A stretch of DNA of 64,000 nt from an uncultured Methanosarcinales archaeon (GTDB lineage Archaea > Nanobdellota > Nanobdellia > Woesearchaeales > ARS49), in assembly GCA_964617195.1 (NCBI GenBank), contig CAZTVK010000015.1:2317-66316 (forward strand), given 5' to 3'. Position 1 is the first letter of the stretch; every line of letters begins with the position of its first letter. The position numbers and the translations under genes are program-made. A model generated the notes under the pieces. It ran no database searches. It was given only the letters and a program-made list of their open reading frames with translations, and was not told the origin of the DNA. Shown one piece after another: positions 10,145 to 19,723 of this stretch.

Positions 10145-10168
10145 CTGAAAACGCCGAGATTGAGATTT
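10145..10168 (-). repeat. Degenerate duplicate of the tRNA-Asp 3' end and trailer
   Basis: ctgaaaa-cgccgagattgagattt versus ctgaaaaaa-cgccgggaccgggattt at 10180-10205; 13/17 identical in the tRNA part, all mismatches are transitions. Confidence 0.55.
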
Positions 10169-10188
10169 TTGACTTCGTCCTGAAAAAA

Positions 10189-10261
10189 CGCCGGGACCGG
10201 GATTTGAACCCGGGTTGCAAGCGCGACAGGCTCGCGTGCTAGGCCACTACACTATCCCGGC
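10189..10261 (-). tRNA. tRNA-Asp(GUC), no intron
   Basis: Acceptor GCCGGGA/TCCCGGC, anticodon arm CGAGC-CTGTCGC-GCTTG, T arm CCGGG-TTCAAAT-CCCGG, discriminator G; no encoded CCA. Confidence 0.96.
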
Positions 10262-10313
10262 AATAGATTTAGGTTTGATACGGGCGATTTATAAATGTTA
10301 TGCGACTATAATA

Positions 10314-10814
10314 TTAAGAAATCCTGAACTGTTCTTCCAAATGCGCATACTCGCCCTCTGAGCCGTCCGGAGAATACCTTTTAGTCGTTTCCTTTCTTCT
10401 ATTCAACAAATAATCTTCAACAATCTCTACAGCCTTCTTCACGCCGCCCTTGAACGACACCTGCTTGTGCACGCCCAAAGTGATACTTGCAATGTAATCT
10501 TTTGGGGTGCAATCTTTACCAGAATACCTTAGCGTTAAAATCGCCTTTTTATTATTGTTAATATTAGTCATAACAACAACAATGCCATCCGGATGAGGTG
10601 TTTCTTCTGCAATACATTCCAAAGAATCCGACCTGTCCAGAACATTCACAAAAGACTCAATACTCATACTTGAACGATCATCTCCCCCAAAACGAGGCAT
10701 TACAACCTGCTTAGGTTTGATAAGCTGACCTCTCACGTACTGAGCTTCAGCTAATACTAATTCATACGTAGAACGGTCCAAATTAGGTAAATACGGCTTT
10801 GACTGCATCTTCAC
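10314..10814 (-). CDS. Hypothetical protein
   Basis: 166-aa ORF abutting the rlmN stop; no family recognised. Confidence 0.7.
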   Translation of the reverse strand: MKMQSKPYLPNLDRSTYELVLAEAQYVRGQLIKPKQVVMPRFGGDDRSSMSIESFVNVLDRSDSLECIAEETPHPDGIVVVMTNINNNKKAILTLRYSGKDCTPKDYIASITLGVHKQVSFKGGVKKAVEIVEDYLLNRRKETTKRYSPDGSEGEYAHLEEQFRIS

Positions 10815-11666
10815 TCACTCAGAAATCTGTACAAGCTTCTCATTTAAATTCTTTTTGGTGCTAAGCATGCCACAAGCAGCATTCGACTCAATACCCTTAG
10901 TAGTCCTAATAATAGTCTTAAAACCAGCACTGATTAAAGCCTGCTTGAAAACTTCAGCAGACTCTTTTGACGGCCTTGCAAAAGTCGCGCCATCAACCGG
11001 ATTGTACATTATAAGATTAATAACGATATGTTTGAAACCTTTCAATAAAACAGCCAATTCTTCAGCATGCTCAATCTTATCATTCACGCCTGCTAATAAC
11101 ACATACTCAACCATCAACGGACCACGTTTCGTGAAAGGAAACTCCCTGCAAGCGTCAAGCACATCCTTAATCGGATAACGACTATTAATAGGAACAATCC
11201 TGCTTCTCAACTCATCATTCGGAGCATGCAACGACAATGCAAACTGACACTGAGTGTCTTTGCCCAATTGCATAATCTTATCCGGCAGTCCAACAGTAGA
11301 GACAGTGATTTTCTGCCAACTCATACCCTGCTTTCTGAACTCATTAACAGCACCAACAACATTATCATAATTGTGCAACGGCTCGCCCATGCCCATGAAC
11401 ACAATATTAGTGATTTTTTGTTCTGAAACAGACTGCATCAAAGATAACTGTCCAACAATTTCTTCTTTTGACAAATTTCTTGTGAAACCCATCATTCCAG
11501 TCGCGCAAAAAGAACACTTCATAGCGCAACCAACTTGCGACGATATGCACGCGCACAAAGTACGCTTGTGATGAATTAATACAGACTCCACTTTTTTGGC
11601 GTCATCTAATTCAATCAAGAATTTTCTTGTGCCGTCCGGAGATTTGATTTCTGAAGCGATACGCAT
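10815..11666 (-). CDS. rlmN: RlmN/Cfr-family radical SAM RNA methyltransferase
   Basis: CISSQVGCAMKCSFCATG (CxxxCxxC), MGMGEPLHN, SLHAPND, EYVLL.GVND, C-terminal AACG. Confidence 0.88.
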   Translation of the reverse strand: MRIASEIKSPDGTRKFLIELDDAKKVESVLIHHKRTLCACISSQVGCAMKCSFCATGMMGFTRNLSKEEIVGQLSLMQSVSEQKITNIVFMGMGEPLHNYDNVVGAVNEFRKQGMSWQKITVSTVGLPDKIMQLGKDTQCQFALSLHAPNDELRSRIVPINSRYPIKDVLDACREFPFTKRGPLMVEYVLLAGVNDKIEHAEELAVLLKGFKHIVINLIMYNPVDGATFARPSKESAEVFKQALISAGFKTIIRTTKGIESNAACGMLSTKKNLNEKLVQISE

Positions 11667-11687
11667 GATATAGACGGCAGAACAGGA

Positions 11688-13100
11688 CTATATATTTTTT
11701 TGCAATTCACCGACGGCAACCGCATACCCAGCAGCATACGGACCCATCATCGCGGCCTGAGAAGAAACAGCCTCCAAAGTCTTCTGAGCCATTTTCACAT
11801 ATTTGCCTTCACGCGTAATATGCGCCAGCTGGAACAAAACCAAAGCCACAAAAGCATTATCATTCACAATCTTTTTACGTTCTTTCAACCTGCCAACAGA
11901 ATCCTTACTGGCAAGAACATCAAAAAAGCCTCCATTCTTCTTGTCATAAAACCTTTCCAACGCCTTCGCAACAGTCATCGCCTTGGCCTTCCACTCCAAT
12001 TTATCAGTCCTCTTGAAAGCCCAAAGCAAGCCCAACAACAAATAAGCATGATCCTTAAACAAAAACAACGGCTTCTCAGCAGGATAACAATGCGCTACAC
12101 AACCACGCATATTCGTTTTGTACAAAGAATCAAGGAGCTTAAATGCGACTTTATCATACTCAGGATCAAGAATGGCGGCTTCTGACAACGCCATAATCAT
12201 CGCAGCATTACAATCAGTAAAAATTCTCCTATCAACCGCAGGAGCTTCATGACGCATCCGCTCGGACAACGGCAGATTGCAATAAGCCTCATCAGCATCC
12301 TGGCTCGCAAAGAAAACGCCTTTCTCATGGTCATACATCATCGAAAACAGCCAGAACAAAATCTTATTTGAAGCCGTCAAGTACTCTTCCTTCTTGAACA
12401 CCCTGTGAGCAAACAAATAATATGCTAACAATCTGGAATTATCCTCCAGCATTTTCTCAAAATGAGGAATAGTCCAGTTCTGCAAAGTAGCATACCTATA
12501 GAAACCACCGCTCACATGATCGAAAATCTCGCCCTTCAACATCTTTGAAAGCGTGAAATCAAGCATCTTGGCAGCATCCTTGTCCTTCAACTTCATAATA
12601 CGCCAGACAAGATAACCAAGAATCTCATGATGAGGGAATTTAGGCTCCAAACCAAAACCGCCATTAATTGGGTCGTAGAACGACTTAATCATCTTCCAGA
12701 AATACTCATGATCAAAAGGCAGCTTCAACGGCTTTTCCTTCCCTGCTTTCTTCGGCTTATACTTCTTGAAACGACCAATCGCGTCCTCCAAAAATTTAAT
12801 CATATGCTCAGGAGAAACATAAGTAGCAGCAGAGACTATTTCTCCATCGTGCGCTAGAACAGCAGTGGTAGGCCAGCCGCCAACATTATACCTGTCATTA
12901 ATATCAGGACGCTCGTCAGTATCAACCCTTATCGGAATGAAATTTTTGTTGATGAACTCAATAATTTCTTTATTAGAATACGTCAAACGGTCCATCGTAT
13001 GACACCAATGACACCATACTGCAGAAATTCCGAGCAAGACTGGCTTCTTCTCCTTCTTAGCCTTCAGAAATGCTTCTTTACCCCAGTCAAACCAGTTCAT
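11688..13100 (-). CDS. YyaL/SPATA20-like protein (DUF255 thioredoxin-like domain plus alpha/alpha barrel)
   Basis: WCHWCH, ERPDI, GGWP, GGFG..PKFP, GGFYRY, PHFEKMLEDN motifs. Confidence 0.88.
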   Translation of the reverse strand: MNWFDWGKEAFLKAKKEKKPVLLGISAVWCHWCHTMDRLTYSNKEIIEFINKNFIPIRVDTDERPDINDRYNVGGWPTTAVLAHDGEIVSAATYVSPEHMIKFLEDAIGRFKKYKPKKAGKEKPLKLPFDHEYFWKMIKSFYDPINGGFGLEPKFPHHEILGYLVWRIMKLKDKDAAKMLDFTLSKMLKGEIFDHVSGGFYRYATLQNWTIPHFEKMLEDNSRLLAYYLFAHRVFKKEEYLTASNKILFWLFSMMYDHEKGVFFASQDADEAYCNLPLSERMRHEAPAVDRRIFTDCNAAMIMALSEAAILDPEYDKVAFKLLDSLYKTNMRGCVAHCYPAEKPLFLFKDHAYLLLGLLWAFKRTDKLEWKAKAMTVAKALERFYDKKNGGFFDVLASKDSVGRLKERKKIVNDNAFVALVLFQLAHITREGKYVKMAQKTLEAVSSQAAMMGPYAAGYAVAVGELQKNI

Positions 13101-13162
13101 ATTGCTCCTCTTTCAGTCGAATATTAGACACGCCCATATAAAAACTTGCTCACACCGAAAGG

Positions 13163-13207
13163 TTTAAATATTAACATATATTAACAACTGTTAATAGATA
13201 TTAACAG
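13163..13207 (+). promoter_or_regulatory. TA operon promoter with a phased operator array
   Basis: TTTAAATA TATA box, then TTAAC/TTAAT at 13171, 13181, 13191 and 13201; inverted repeat TATTAACA-ac-TGTTAATA; AGGTGA SD follows. Confidence 0.6.
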
Positions 13208-13215
13208 GTGAGACA

Positions 13216-13458
13216 ATGAAAGCATTACTAGATATCCCGCAAGAAGTAAACCAGACACTTAATATTATCAAAGCACAGCATAATTTGAAGAATAAAGTTG
13301 AAGCGATAACACTTGTCGTGACTATTTACAAAAACGAACACATGGAGCCGGAATTAAGGCCTGAATATATCAAAAAATTGAGCAAATTAGAGAAAGAAGG
13401 CAAATTTATCAGCTTTAAGAATATCAAGGAACTACGCGAGCATATAGAGCATGCGTAA
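13216..13458 (+). CDS. Antitoxin (DUF2683-like)
   Basis: 80 aa with LNIIKA.HNLKNK.EAI and EPELRPEYIKKL; overlaps the downstream toxin gene. Confidence 0.75.
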   Translation: MKALLDIPQEVNQTLNIIKAQHNLKNKVEAITLVVTIYKNEHMEPELRPEYIKKLSKLEKEGKFISFKNIKELREHIEHA

Positions 13459-13729
13459 TTTTTCTTTTGAAGAGAAACTTCTGAAAATAATGAATAGACT
13501 ATACAAAAAAGATAGAAAAACGCATGAAATATTAATCAACAAAATCCAAGAAATTCTCACATGCCTCGATATCGACCATTATAAAAATCTACGAAGCCCG
13601 ATGCAAGCTTTCAAAAGGGTACACATCAATGGACCATTTGTGTTGGTCTTCAAATATATAGAATCAGAAGACAAAATAGTATTCTATGATTTTGACCACC
13701 ACGACAATATTTATTCGCTCTCAGGCTAA
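13451..13729 (+). CDS. RelE/ParE-superfamily toxin
   Basis: 92 aa, basic; HYKNLRSPMQAFKRVHI..PFVLVF...FYDFDHHD pattern. Confidence 0.82.
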   Translation: MRNFSFEEKLLKIMNRLYKKDRKTHEILINKIQEILTCLDIDHYKNLRSPMQAFKRVHINGPFVLVFKYIESEDKIVFYDFDHHDNIYSLSG

Positions 13730-14850
13730 TCTTTCCATAAAAACTTGTCCAACTTGCTTCTAGCCTTCTCACGCTCTTTCTGATGATGTGATAAAAATGC
13801 CTTCACCTTCTCAATGGCAATATCCTTCAACTCAGAAGTCAACAATTTACCAGACTTATAATCATCATAAATCTTTGCCAGCTTCTTATCATCAGGCTCC
13901 AAACCATAACGCAACATCTGGAAAGCAACATCAACATCAGGATTACCGCCCTTCTTCCGATGCTCCTCAACAGTCGGCTGGCCGCCAGAGAAAGCAAATT
14001 TCCTGATTTTACGCTCTGCATCATCAGGAGAATCAGTCAAAGCGATAAAAGACATCGGATCAGAACTAGACATCTTGCCACCCTTCAAGCCAGGCTGAAA
14101 CAAATGATAAGTAGAACTCAACTGCATAAACTTGAAAACTTCAGTCCTCTGCGAAACATCCCTTGCGAGACGCAAATGCGGATCCTGATCAGGACCAACA
14201 GGAACAACAACCGGCAAAGGCCTGCCCTCAAACTCAGGAAGTTGCGGGTGAAGCATATCAGCCGCCTGCAACAAAGAAGCAGACATCTTACCAGGAGAAA
14301 TCTCGCCATACACCGCCTTGAACTCATTAAAAGTCGCACTGCGCGCAAGCATACTCGCAAGACTGTAATACGCATTTGACTTCTTCCCATCTTTAGAACG
14401 CTTTGACTGGAAATAAAAATCGCAATTCTTAGGCTCCAAACCCAACGCGACATAATTCAGCAAGTATTCCTCAACCGCAGTCTCGTGCAATTCAGCCATA
14501 TTAGGAATACGAGTGTTATACGCTTCAATATCAGCAACAGTAATGTACAATTTCGCGCCAAGACCCTGATAAAACAACATCTGGTCAGCAACCATCTTAT
14601 GCCCAAAATGAAACTTGCCAGAAGGCATCAAGCCAGTCATCATCACAAAAGGCTTCTTCTTCTCAACAGCATCAACAATACGCTCGAAATCACGATGAGC
14701 AAAAATAATATTTCTCCTAAAAAGCAAATGATTAAACTGCTTCGGCAAAGAAGGCATCGGCTTCAAGCCAAACTCCTTGATCAACCTATCATAATCAAGA
14801 GCTCCCTTTACTTCCCAAGGCGTAATCACCAATTTTTCAGCCATACACAC
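13726..14850 (-). CDS. trpS: Tryptophanyl-tRNA synthetase (archaeal type)
   Basis: TPWEV, HFGH (HIGH motif), GPDQDPH, KMSSS, AFSGG. Start may be 14844. Confidence 0.95.
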   Translation of the reverse strand: MCMAEKLVITPWEVKGALDYDRLIKEFGLKPMPSLPKQFNHLLFRRNIIFAHRDFERIVDAVEKKKPFVMMTGLMPSGKFHFGHKMVADQMLFYQGLGAKLYITVADIEAYNTRIPNMAELHETAVEEYLLNYVALGLEPKNCDFYFQSKRSKDGKKSNAYYSLASMLARSATFNEFKAVYGEISPGKMSASLLQAADMLHPQLPEFEGRPLPVVVPVGPDQDPHLRLARDVSQRTEVFKFMQLSSTYHLFQPGLKGGKMSSSDPMSFIALTDSPDDAERKIRKFAFSGGQPTVEEHRKKGGNPDVDVAFQMLRYGLEPDDKKLAKIYDDYKSGKLLTSELKDIAIEKVKAFLSHHQKEREKARSKLDKFLWKD

Positions 14851-14894
14851 AAGATAAGAAGGAGAGTTTTAAAATGTTACTGTGAGCGCAAGTT

Positions 14895-15635
14895 TCACTT
14901 ATCCAAAGAAAACTCAGACTTAATCAAACCGAGAAACTCACTACGCATAGATTCAGACCAGTCAGCAGGCATCACAACAGCCACACCATCGACCAACAAC
15001 TCACGATAATTATTAACAGCTCCCACAACATCATTCACCAGCGCTTTATTCTCGTTCAACACATCAGAATGATTCTTTTTCAACTCTGCCAAGCTCTGAA
15101 CCTTTCTGATATATTCATGCGCGTGATGGAAAACGTCCTCACGAACAGAAGAATAACCATGCATGTGAGGCTTCAAATGACTAATATTATTGCTTAACGA
15201 CTTTGCAAAACCACCATCACCATCATGGCCAACCAAATCAGACTTTATCGATTTCAAGGCATCCACAACATTCTTGCCTACCTTGCTTTCTACAGGATGA
15301 GGCAGTTTTTCACCTGCAGCATTTCGAAACGCGCTTTCATACCTATACGGAATCCGCTTCAACAAACCAGCATCATCAACAATTTCCTTTGCGACAGCCT
15401 GCATGCTCTCCAAAGCAGCATGCGCCTTCAATGCGCTCTTATGCTTTGCCGCAACACCAGAATGATGAATCAAAATGTGCTTGTACTGTGAAACATTTTG
15501 CAGAAAAGAACTGGCAAAATCAGCATAATCCTGATGATGCGAAAAAGAGCCAGCTGAGACTCTAGAATCCTTCAACTTGTCAAAGAATCTTTTAGCTTCT
15601 TTTTCACTACCCACAACCTCTTTATAATCTACCAC
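14895..15635 (-). CDS. Hypothetical helical protein, His/Ser/Lys-rich
   Basis: 246-aa ORF with GTG start filling the gap; TATA-like sequence upstream; no family recognised. Confidence 0.7.
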   Translation of the reverse strand: MVDYKEVVGSEKEAKRFFDKLKDSRVSAGSFSHHQDYADFASSFLQNVSQYKHILIHHSGVAAKHKSALKAHAALESMQAVAKEIVDDAGLLKRIPYRYESAFRNAAGEKLPHPVESKVGKNVVDALKSIKSDLVGHDGDGGFAKSLSNNISHLKPHMHGYSSVREDVFHHAHEYIRKVQSLAELKKNHSDVLNENKALVNDVVGAVNNYRELLVDGVAVVMPADWSESMRSEFLGLIKSEFSLDK

Positions 15636-15679
15636 GGAAAGAATAAATCATTACACAGTTTATAAACATTACGAAGAGC

Positions 15680-16354
15680 TCATTCCCACTTATCCAAGAA
15701 AATGTGCTCTTTCAGCTGGCCAAGATCGATTAACTTCTCCTCAACATTCTCCACCAGTGCTGGCGGACCGCAGATGTAAACTTGATAACCTTTCTTGAAA
15801 TACTTCTGCAAGAAATTCTGCACTCTTCCACGCTCACCATCCCACTGAGGAAAACCATCAACAGTAATCGTCGGAACAAGCTTGAACTTGCCTTTCAAGC
15901 TTTCAAACTCTTTTCTATAGATAAAGTCAGAAGGAGTTTTCATGCTGTAGATTAGAAGAACTTCCTTTCCTTCAGCCAAAGCCTGATGAATCATCGGCCT
16001 GAACGGAGCTATGCCAGTTCCACCTGCAATGAAAAGATATTTTTGCGCAGGCCTCAGCCAAAACATTCCATAAGGGCCATCAATATGCACAACACTACCA
16101 GGCTTCAAGTCCTGCAAGTGAGCGCTCAAACCCTGACCACGAGCAACACACAGTTCAACATAATCTTCGCCAGACATTGAAGCAATCGAGAAAGCCCTTC
16201 TCAAAGGCTTGTTGTTCTCGCCAATAAAATCATCACACCATACACCAGCCCACTGGCCGGGGCGGAAAGCGATTTTTTGCGGCAATGACAATCTCACAAG
16301 ACGAACTTTCGGAGTCTCCTGAACAACCTCTTTTACCGTCGCATCGACTTTCAT
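15680..16354 (-). CDS. FAD/NAD(P)-binding oxidoreductase (ferredoxin-NADP reductase-like)
   Basis: FRPGQW, RAFSIAS, GPYG, IAGGTGIAPF, YICGPP. Start moved to 16354 (MKVDAT). Confidence 0.9.
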   Translation of the reverse strand: MKVDATVKEVVQETPKVRLVRLSLPQKIAFRPGQWAGVWCDDFIGENNKPLRRAFSIASMSGEDYVELCVARGQGLSAHLQDLKPGSVVHIDGPYGMFWLRPAQKYLFIAGGTGIAPFRPMIHQALAEGKEVLLIYSMKTPSDFIYRKEFESLKGKFKLVPTITVDGFPQWDGERGRVQNFLQKYFKKGYQVYICGPPALVENVEEKLIDLGQLKEHIFLDKWE

Positions 16355-16390
16355 AATATTTATTAACGCAGAACAGCATATAAAAGGTTT

Positions 16391-16756
16391 ATGATGAAAA
16401 AAACGCTTATCATTCTGCTCATACTCGCCAGCTGCGCTCCTGCCCAAAACGGATTTCTCGAAGGAAGCGCTGACATCGGACCAATCTGTCCAGTCGAAAG
16501 ACCAGACCAGCCCTGCAAAGTCCCGCCAGAAGCGTACGAAGCACGCAAAATAATGGTTTACAACGGCAAAAAACTAGTCAAACAAATAGACATTGACAAC
16601 ACAGGGCACTATAAAACAGAACTAAAACCAGGAACGTACACAATCGACATCAACCGAGCAGGCATGGATTTCAGCAAAGAACTGCCAGCAAGCATCACAA
16701 TAGAACCGGACAAAACAACAACACTCGACATCAGCATAGACACAGGAATAAGATGA
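16391..16756 (+). CDS. Putative lipoprotein
   Basis: MMKK, hydrophobic stretch, LASC lipobox; GPICPVE and LKPGTY beta-rich domain. Confidence 0.75.
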   Translation: MMKKTLIILLILASCAPAQNGFLEGSADIGPICPVERPDQPCKVPPEAYEARKIMVYNGKKLVKQIDIDNTGHYKTELKPGTYTIDINRAGMDFSKELPASITIEPDKTTTLDISIDTGIR

Positions 16757-17220
16757 CAGAACTAGCAACATTCGGAGCAGGATGCTTCTGGCACGTAGAA
16801 GAAGCATTCAGAGAAATAAAAGGCGTACTCAAAACAGAAGTCGGCTATTCCGGCGGAAAAATGAAAAATCCAACATACGAAGACATATGCACAGATGAGA
16901 CTGGTCATGCAGAAGTCGTACAGCTTGAATTTGACCCGAAGGTTGTGCCGTATGAAAAATTACTTGAAGTCTTCTGGACCATACACGACCCGACACAAAA
17001 AAACAAGCAAGGACCTGACGTCGGCACACAATACAGAAGCGCCATATTTTACCATTCTGAAGAACAAAAGAAAATTGCAGAAAAATCGTTGAAAGAAGAA
17101 CAAAAACATCACAAAGAAAAAATTGCGACAGAAATCACCAAAGCAAACACGTTCTACCGCGCAGAAGAATACCACCAGAAGTATCTGATGAAAAAAGGAT
17201 CAAAGACGTGCGGGATTTAG
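16753..17220 (+). CDS. msrA: Peptide methionine sulfoxide reductase A
   Basis: GAGCFW, GHAEVV, DVGTQYRSAIF, AEEYHQKY motifs. Confidence 0.97.
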   Translation: MTELATFGAGCFWHVEEAFREIKGVLKTEVGYSGGKMKNPTYEDICTDETGHAEVVQLEFDPKVVPYEKLLEVFWTIHDPTQKNKQGPDVGTQYRSAIFYHSEEQKKIAEKSLKEEQKHHKEKIATEITKANTFYRAEEYHQKYLMKKGSKTCGI

Positions 17221-17519
17221 TTCATTGTGTGGTCTAATTTCTTTGTAACTAGAAAAGCCAAATCATAGTTGCCTTTGGGAGTTACAACAACACCAGTAAA
17301 CTGCTGACCGCTAAAACAACCAAGCAGACCGCTCTTGCCGTCAGTCTTAATGACTGCTGCGTAATCAGGCCTGACAATCTTTTTCTGCTTCTGCTTCCCA
17401 ATATACATCTCAATAGCCACTTCAACAAGATGCAACCGCTCCTCAAGAGGAATTTGCACTGGCGCCAATAAGAATGCATAATCCCAACCATCAGTATCGT
17501 ACATTGTTATCGACGACAA
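17217..17519 (-). CDS. Hypothetical protein
   Basis: 100-aa ORF; start uncertain; 4-nt convergent overlap with msrA. Confidence 0.55.
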   Translation of the reverse strand: MSSITMYDTDGWDYAFLLAPVQIPLEERLHLVEVAIEMYIGKQKQKKIVRPDYAAVIKTDGKSGLLGCFSGQQFTGVVVTPKGNYDLAFLVTKKLDHTMN

Positions 17520-17546
17520 AAAGAGGGATATATAAGCTTTTAGAAA

Positions 17547-18659
17547 CTATTTACAAGTCGTGCACTTCGCTCTCACACGTTCCTTCGCAATCTTCTCAGC
17601 AGCAACACGCGGAATGACCTTGTCTTTCTTCGAACGCTCAAGAACTAATTGGGTGTTCTTCGTAATCTTTTCCTCGACCAGCTTGAACATCTTCGCCTCA
17701 GTGCCGCCGATGTACTCCATGTAACTGGAAATAACTCCTCCGGCGTTCGCGACAAAGTCAGGAATAACTAGAACGCCTTTCTTCGCCAAAGCTTCCTCAG
17801 CTTCAACACTAGTCGCGATGTTACTGCCCTCGACAATCAGCTTTGCTTTAATCTTCGGCACATCAGAAACACCAAACAAATCAGGAATAGCCGCGGTAAC
17901 GAAAACATCAACATCCTGAAAACAAATATCCTTGTTCGACAAAACCTTGCCGCCATACGCAGTAACACTGCCCTTACTCTTCTTCACGTCATACAATTTC
18001 TTAACATCAATACCCTTGGGAACAACCAACGTCCCCTTGCTGTCAGAAATTGCCACGAGCTTCGCGCCTGCATCAGACATAAACTTGCAGACAAACTCGC
18101 CAACATTACCATAACCCTCAACAGCATACGTAACTTTCTTGATATCTCTACCCATATGCTTGAGAGCGACCTTTATCGCGTGGAAAACACCAAAACCAGT
18201 GCTGCCAAGCTCATGAGGCAAACCACCAAGCTTCTTAGGCTTGCCAGTGCACGCCTTCATATCACCATTCGCCTTCGCGAACGTCTCCATATCGTGCTCT
18301 GCCATACTAATATCAGGACCCGCAACATAAATTGATGGCACGACACTCTTCAACAATTTTGAAAACGCGGCAACCCACTCATCCTTCAACTCCGGAGTCA
18401 TCTTATGCGGCTCGCCAATAATTCCAGCCTTAGCGCCACCGAAAGGCAAGTCCGCCATGGCATTCTTCCAAGTCATAGTTCTCGCCAACCTGAAAACTTC
18501 CTCTTTGTCAACAGTCGGCGTAAAACGAATTCCGCCCTTTCCAGGGCCGAGCGCAGTGTTATCAATAACCAGCACGCCGCGCATTCCCAGTTTTGGATGA
18601 TAAACCTCAATAATTCTTTCCGGACCAAAATCATCAAACATCTTATCCATAACAAACAC
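17547..18659 (-). CDS. gdhA: Glu/Leu/Phe/Val dehydrogenase, probably glutamate dehydrogenase
   Basis: GPGKGGIRF, MTWKNA, PFGGAKAGI, GYGNVG, IPDFVANAGGV motifs. Confidence 0.88.
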   Translation of the reverse strand: MFVMDKMFDDFGPERIIEVYHPKLGMRGVLVIDNTALGPGKGGIRFTPTVDKEEVFRLARTMTWKNAMADLPFGGAKAGIIGEPHKMTPELKDEWVAAFSKLLKSVVPSIYVAGPDISMAEHDMETFAKANGDMKACTGKPKKLGGLPHELGSTGFGVFHAIKVALKHMGRDIKKVTYAVEGYGNVGEFVCKFMSDAGAKLVAISDSKGTLVVPKGIDVKKLYDVKKSKGSVTAYGGKVLSNKDICFQDVDVFVTAAIPDLFGVSDVPKIKAKLIVEGSNIATSVEAEEALAKKGVLVIPDFVANAGGVISSYMEYIGGTEAKMFKLVEEKITKNTQLVLERSKKDKVIPRVAAEKIAKERVRAKCTTCK

Positions 18660-18660
18660 C

Positions 18661-18951
18661 TCAAATTATTCTTTCATTAGTATCATTATCATAAATATGA
18701 ATGACTTGCACAGGACAGACTTCGGCAGCTTCCTTGTTAACAGCCAACACGTTCTTGCCCTCCTTTGACAACTGACTTTCCTTTACAATCAATACTTGCA
18801 TTCCGTTCTCGTCAACTTTATGGCCGATCAAGTCTGCCTTGCCATCATCCTTCATCACCCAAAAATCAGGAGAGACAGCAGCACAAGCCGCAGCGCCAAT
18901 GCAGTTCTTCCTGTCAAATACAATCTTATAAGTCTTCTCCTTCTTTTCCAT
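18661..18951 (-). CDS. Single-cluster ferredoxin
   Basis: CIGAAACAAVSP and AAEVCPVQVI motifs. Confidence 0.88.
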   Translation of the reverse strand: MEKKEKTYKIVFDRKNCIGAAACAAVSPDFWVMKDDGKADLIGHKVDENGMQVLIVKESQLSKEGKNVLAVNKEAAEVCPVQVIHIYDNDTNERII

Positions 18952-18974
18952 AGAAAAAACGGCGTCTGGGACAA

Positions 18975-19403
18975 TTATAAATCTTTCTCTTGGAACAACT
19001 CATCAACATCCAAGATAGGCTTCCTGTTCTCATAGCCAGAATCACAGTCGTGCCAATAACGAATCTTGTCCTCGCCCAACTGCCAGCACAAGAACGCATC
19101 CTGACCATTCAACATGAAAGGAAAATCAATCAATCCATCATCAATATCTTTGACAATCACTCCCATCGAGCTCAATACATCAATCACCCTATAAAACTGG
19201 TAATACAAACGGTGAAACTCCTTGTTAGCCTTGACCTGCTCAGTCATGAAGAAATGAAAGCCTTCATCGCTGCTGACTTCCAAAACAACATCATTAGTCT
19301 CAAGAATCCAAGCAATCCTGTCGCGCAATTTCTGCGCCTTCTTCAACAAACGCTCCACCTTAGGCAAACACTTCTCGGCCTGCTCGATGGTGAAATAATT
19401 CAT
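18975..19403 (-). CDS. DUF2203 family protein
   Basis: YFTIEQA..LP, VKDIDDGLIDFP, LCWQLGE..I.YWH...GY..RKPI. Confidence 0.88.
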   Translation of the reverse strand: MNYFTIEQAEKCLPKVERLLKKAQKLRDRIAWILETNDVVLEVSSDEGFHFFMTEQVKANKEFHRLYYQFYRVIDVLSSMGVIVKDIDDGLIDFPFMLNGQDAFLCWQLGEDKIRYWHDCDSGYENRKPILDVDELFQEKDL

Positions 19404-19723
19404 CCAGATTCCACCGGAAAGCCCGCTTCACTCCACTCGGCAATCCCGCCTGCAAAATCAAAAACCTTGAAACCAAAAGAAGACAATTTCTCAGCAGCAT
19501 ACCCTGATAATGAACATGTAGAACTTGTGCAATACACTACAACAGGCTTTGACTTGTCCAACGTCTTCACCTCTCTGTCAATCACATCAGTCGGTAAACT
19601 CTTTGCCCCTTTTATATGTTTCTCTAAATAAGCAGCGTAATTGCGCACATCAAACAACACAACATCACCTTTCTCCAACATCTTCCTCAATTCCTCTTTT
19701 GCAATTTTTCTATACTTAAGCAT
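19400..19723 (-). CDS. Rhodanese-like sulfurtransferase
   Basis: DVR, HIKGA, VVYC, GGIAEW motifs. Confidence 0.9.
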   Translation of the reverse strand: MLKYRKIAKEELRKMLEKGDVVLFDVRNYAAYLEKHIKGAKSLPTDVIDREVKTLDKSKPVVVYCTSSTCSLSGYAAEKLSSFGFKVFDFAGGIAEWSEAGFPVESG

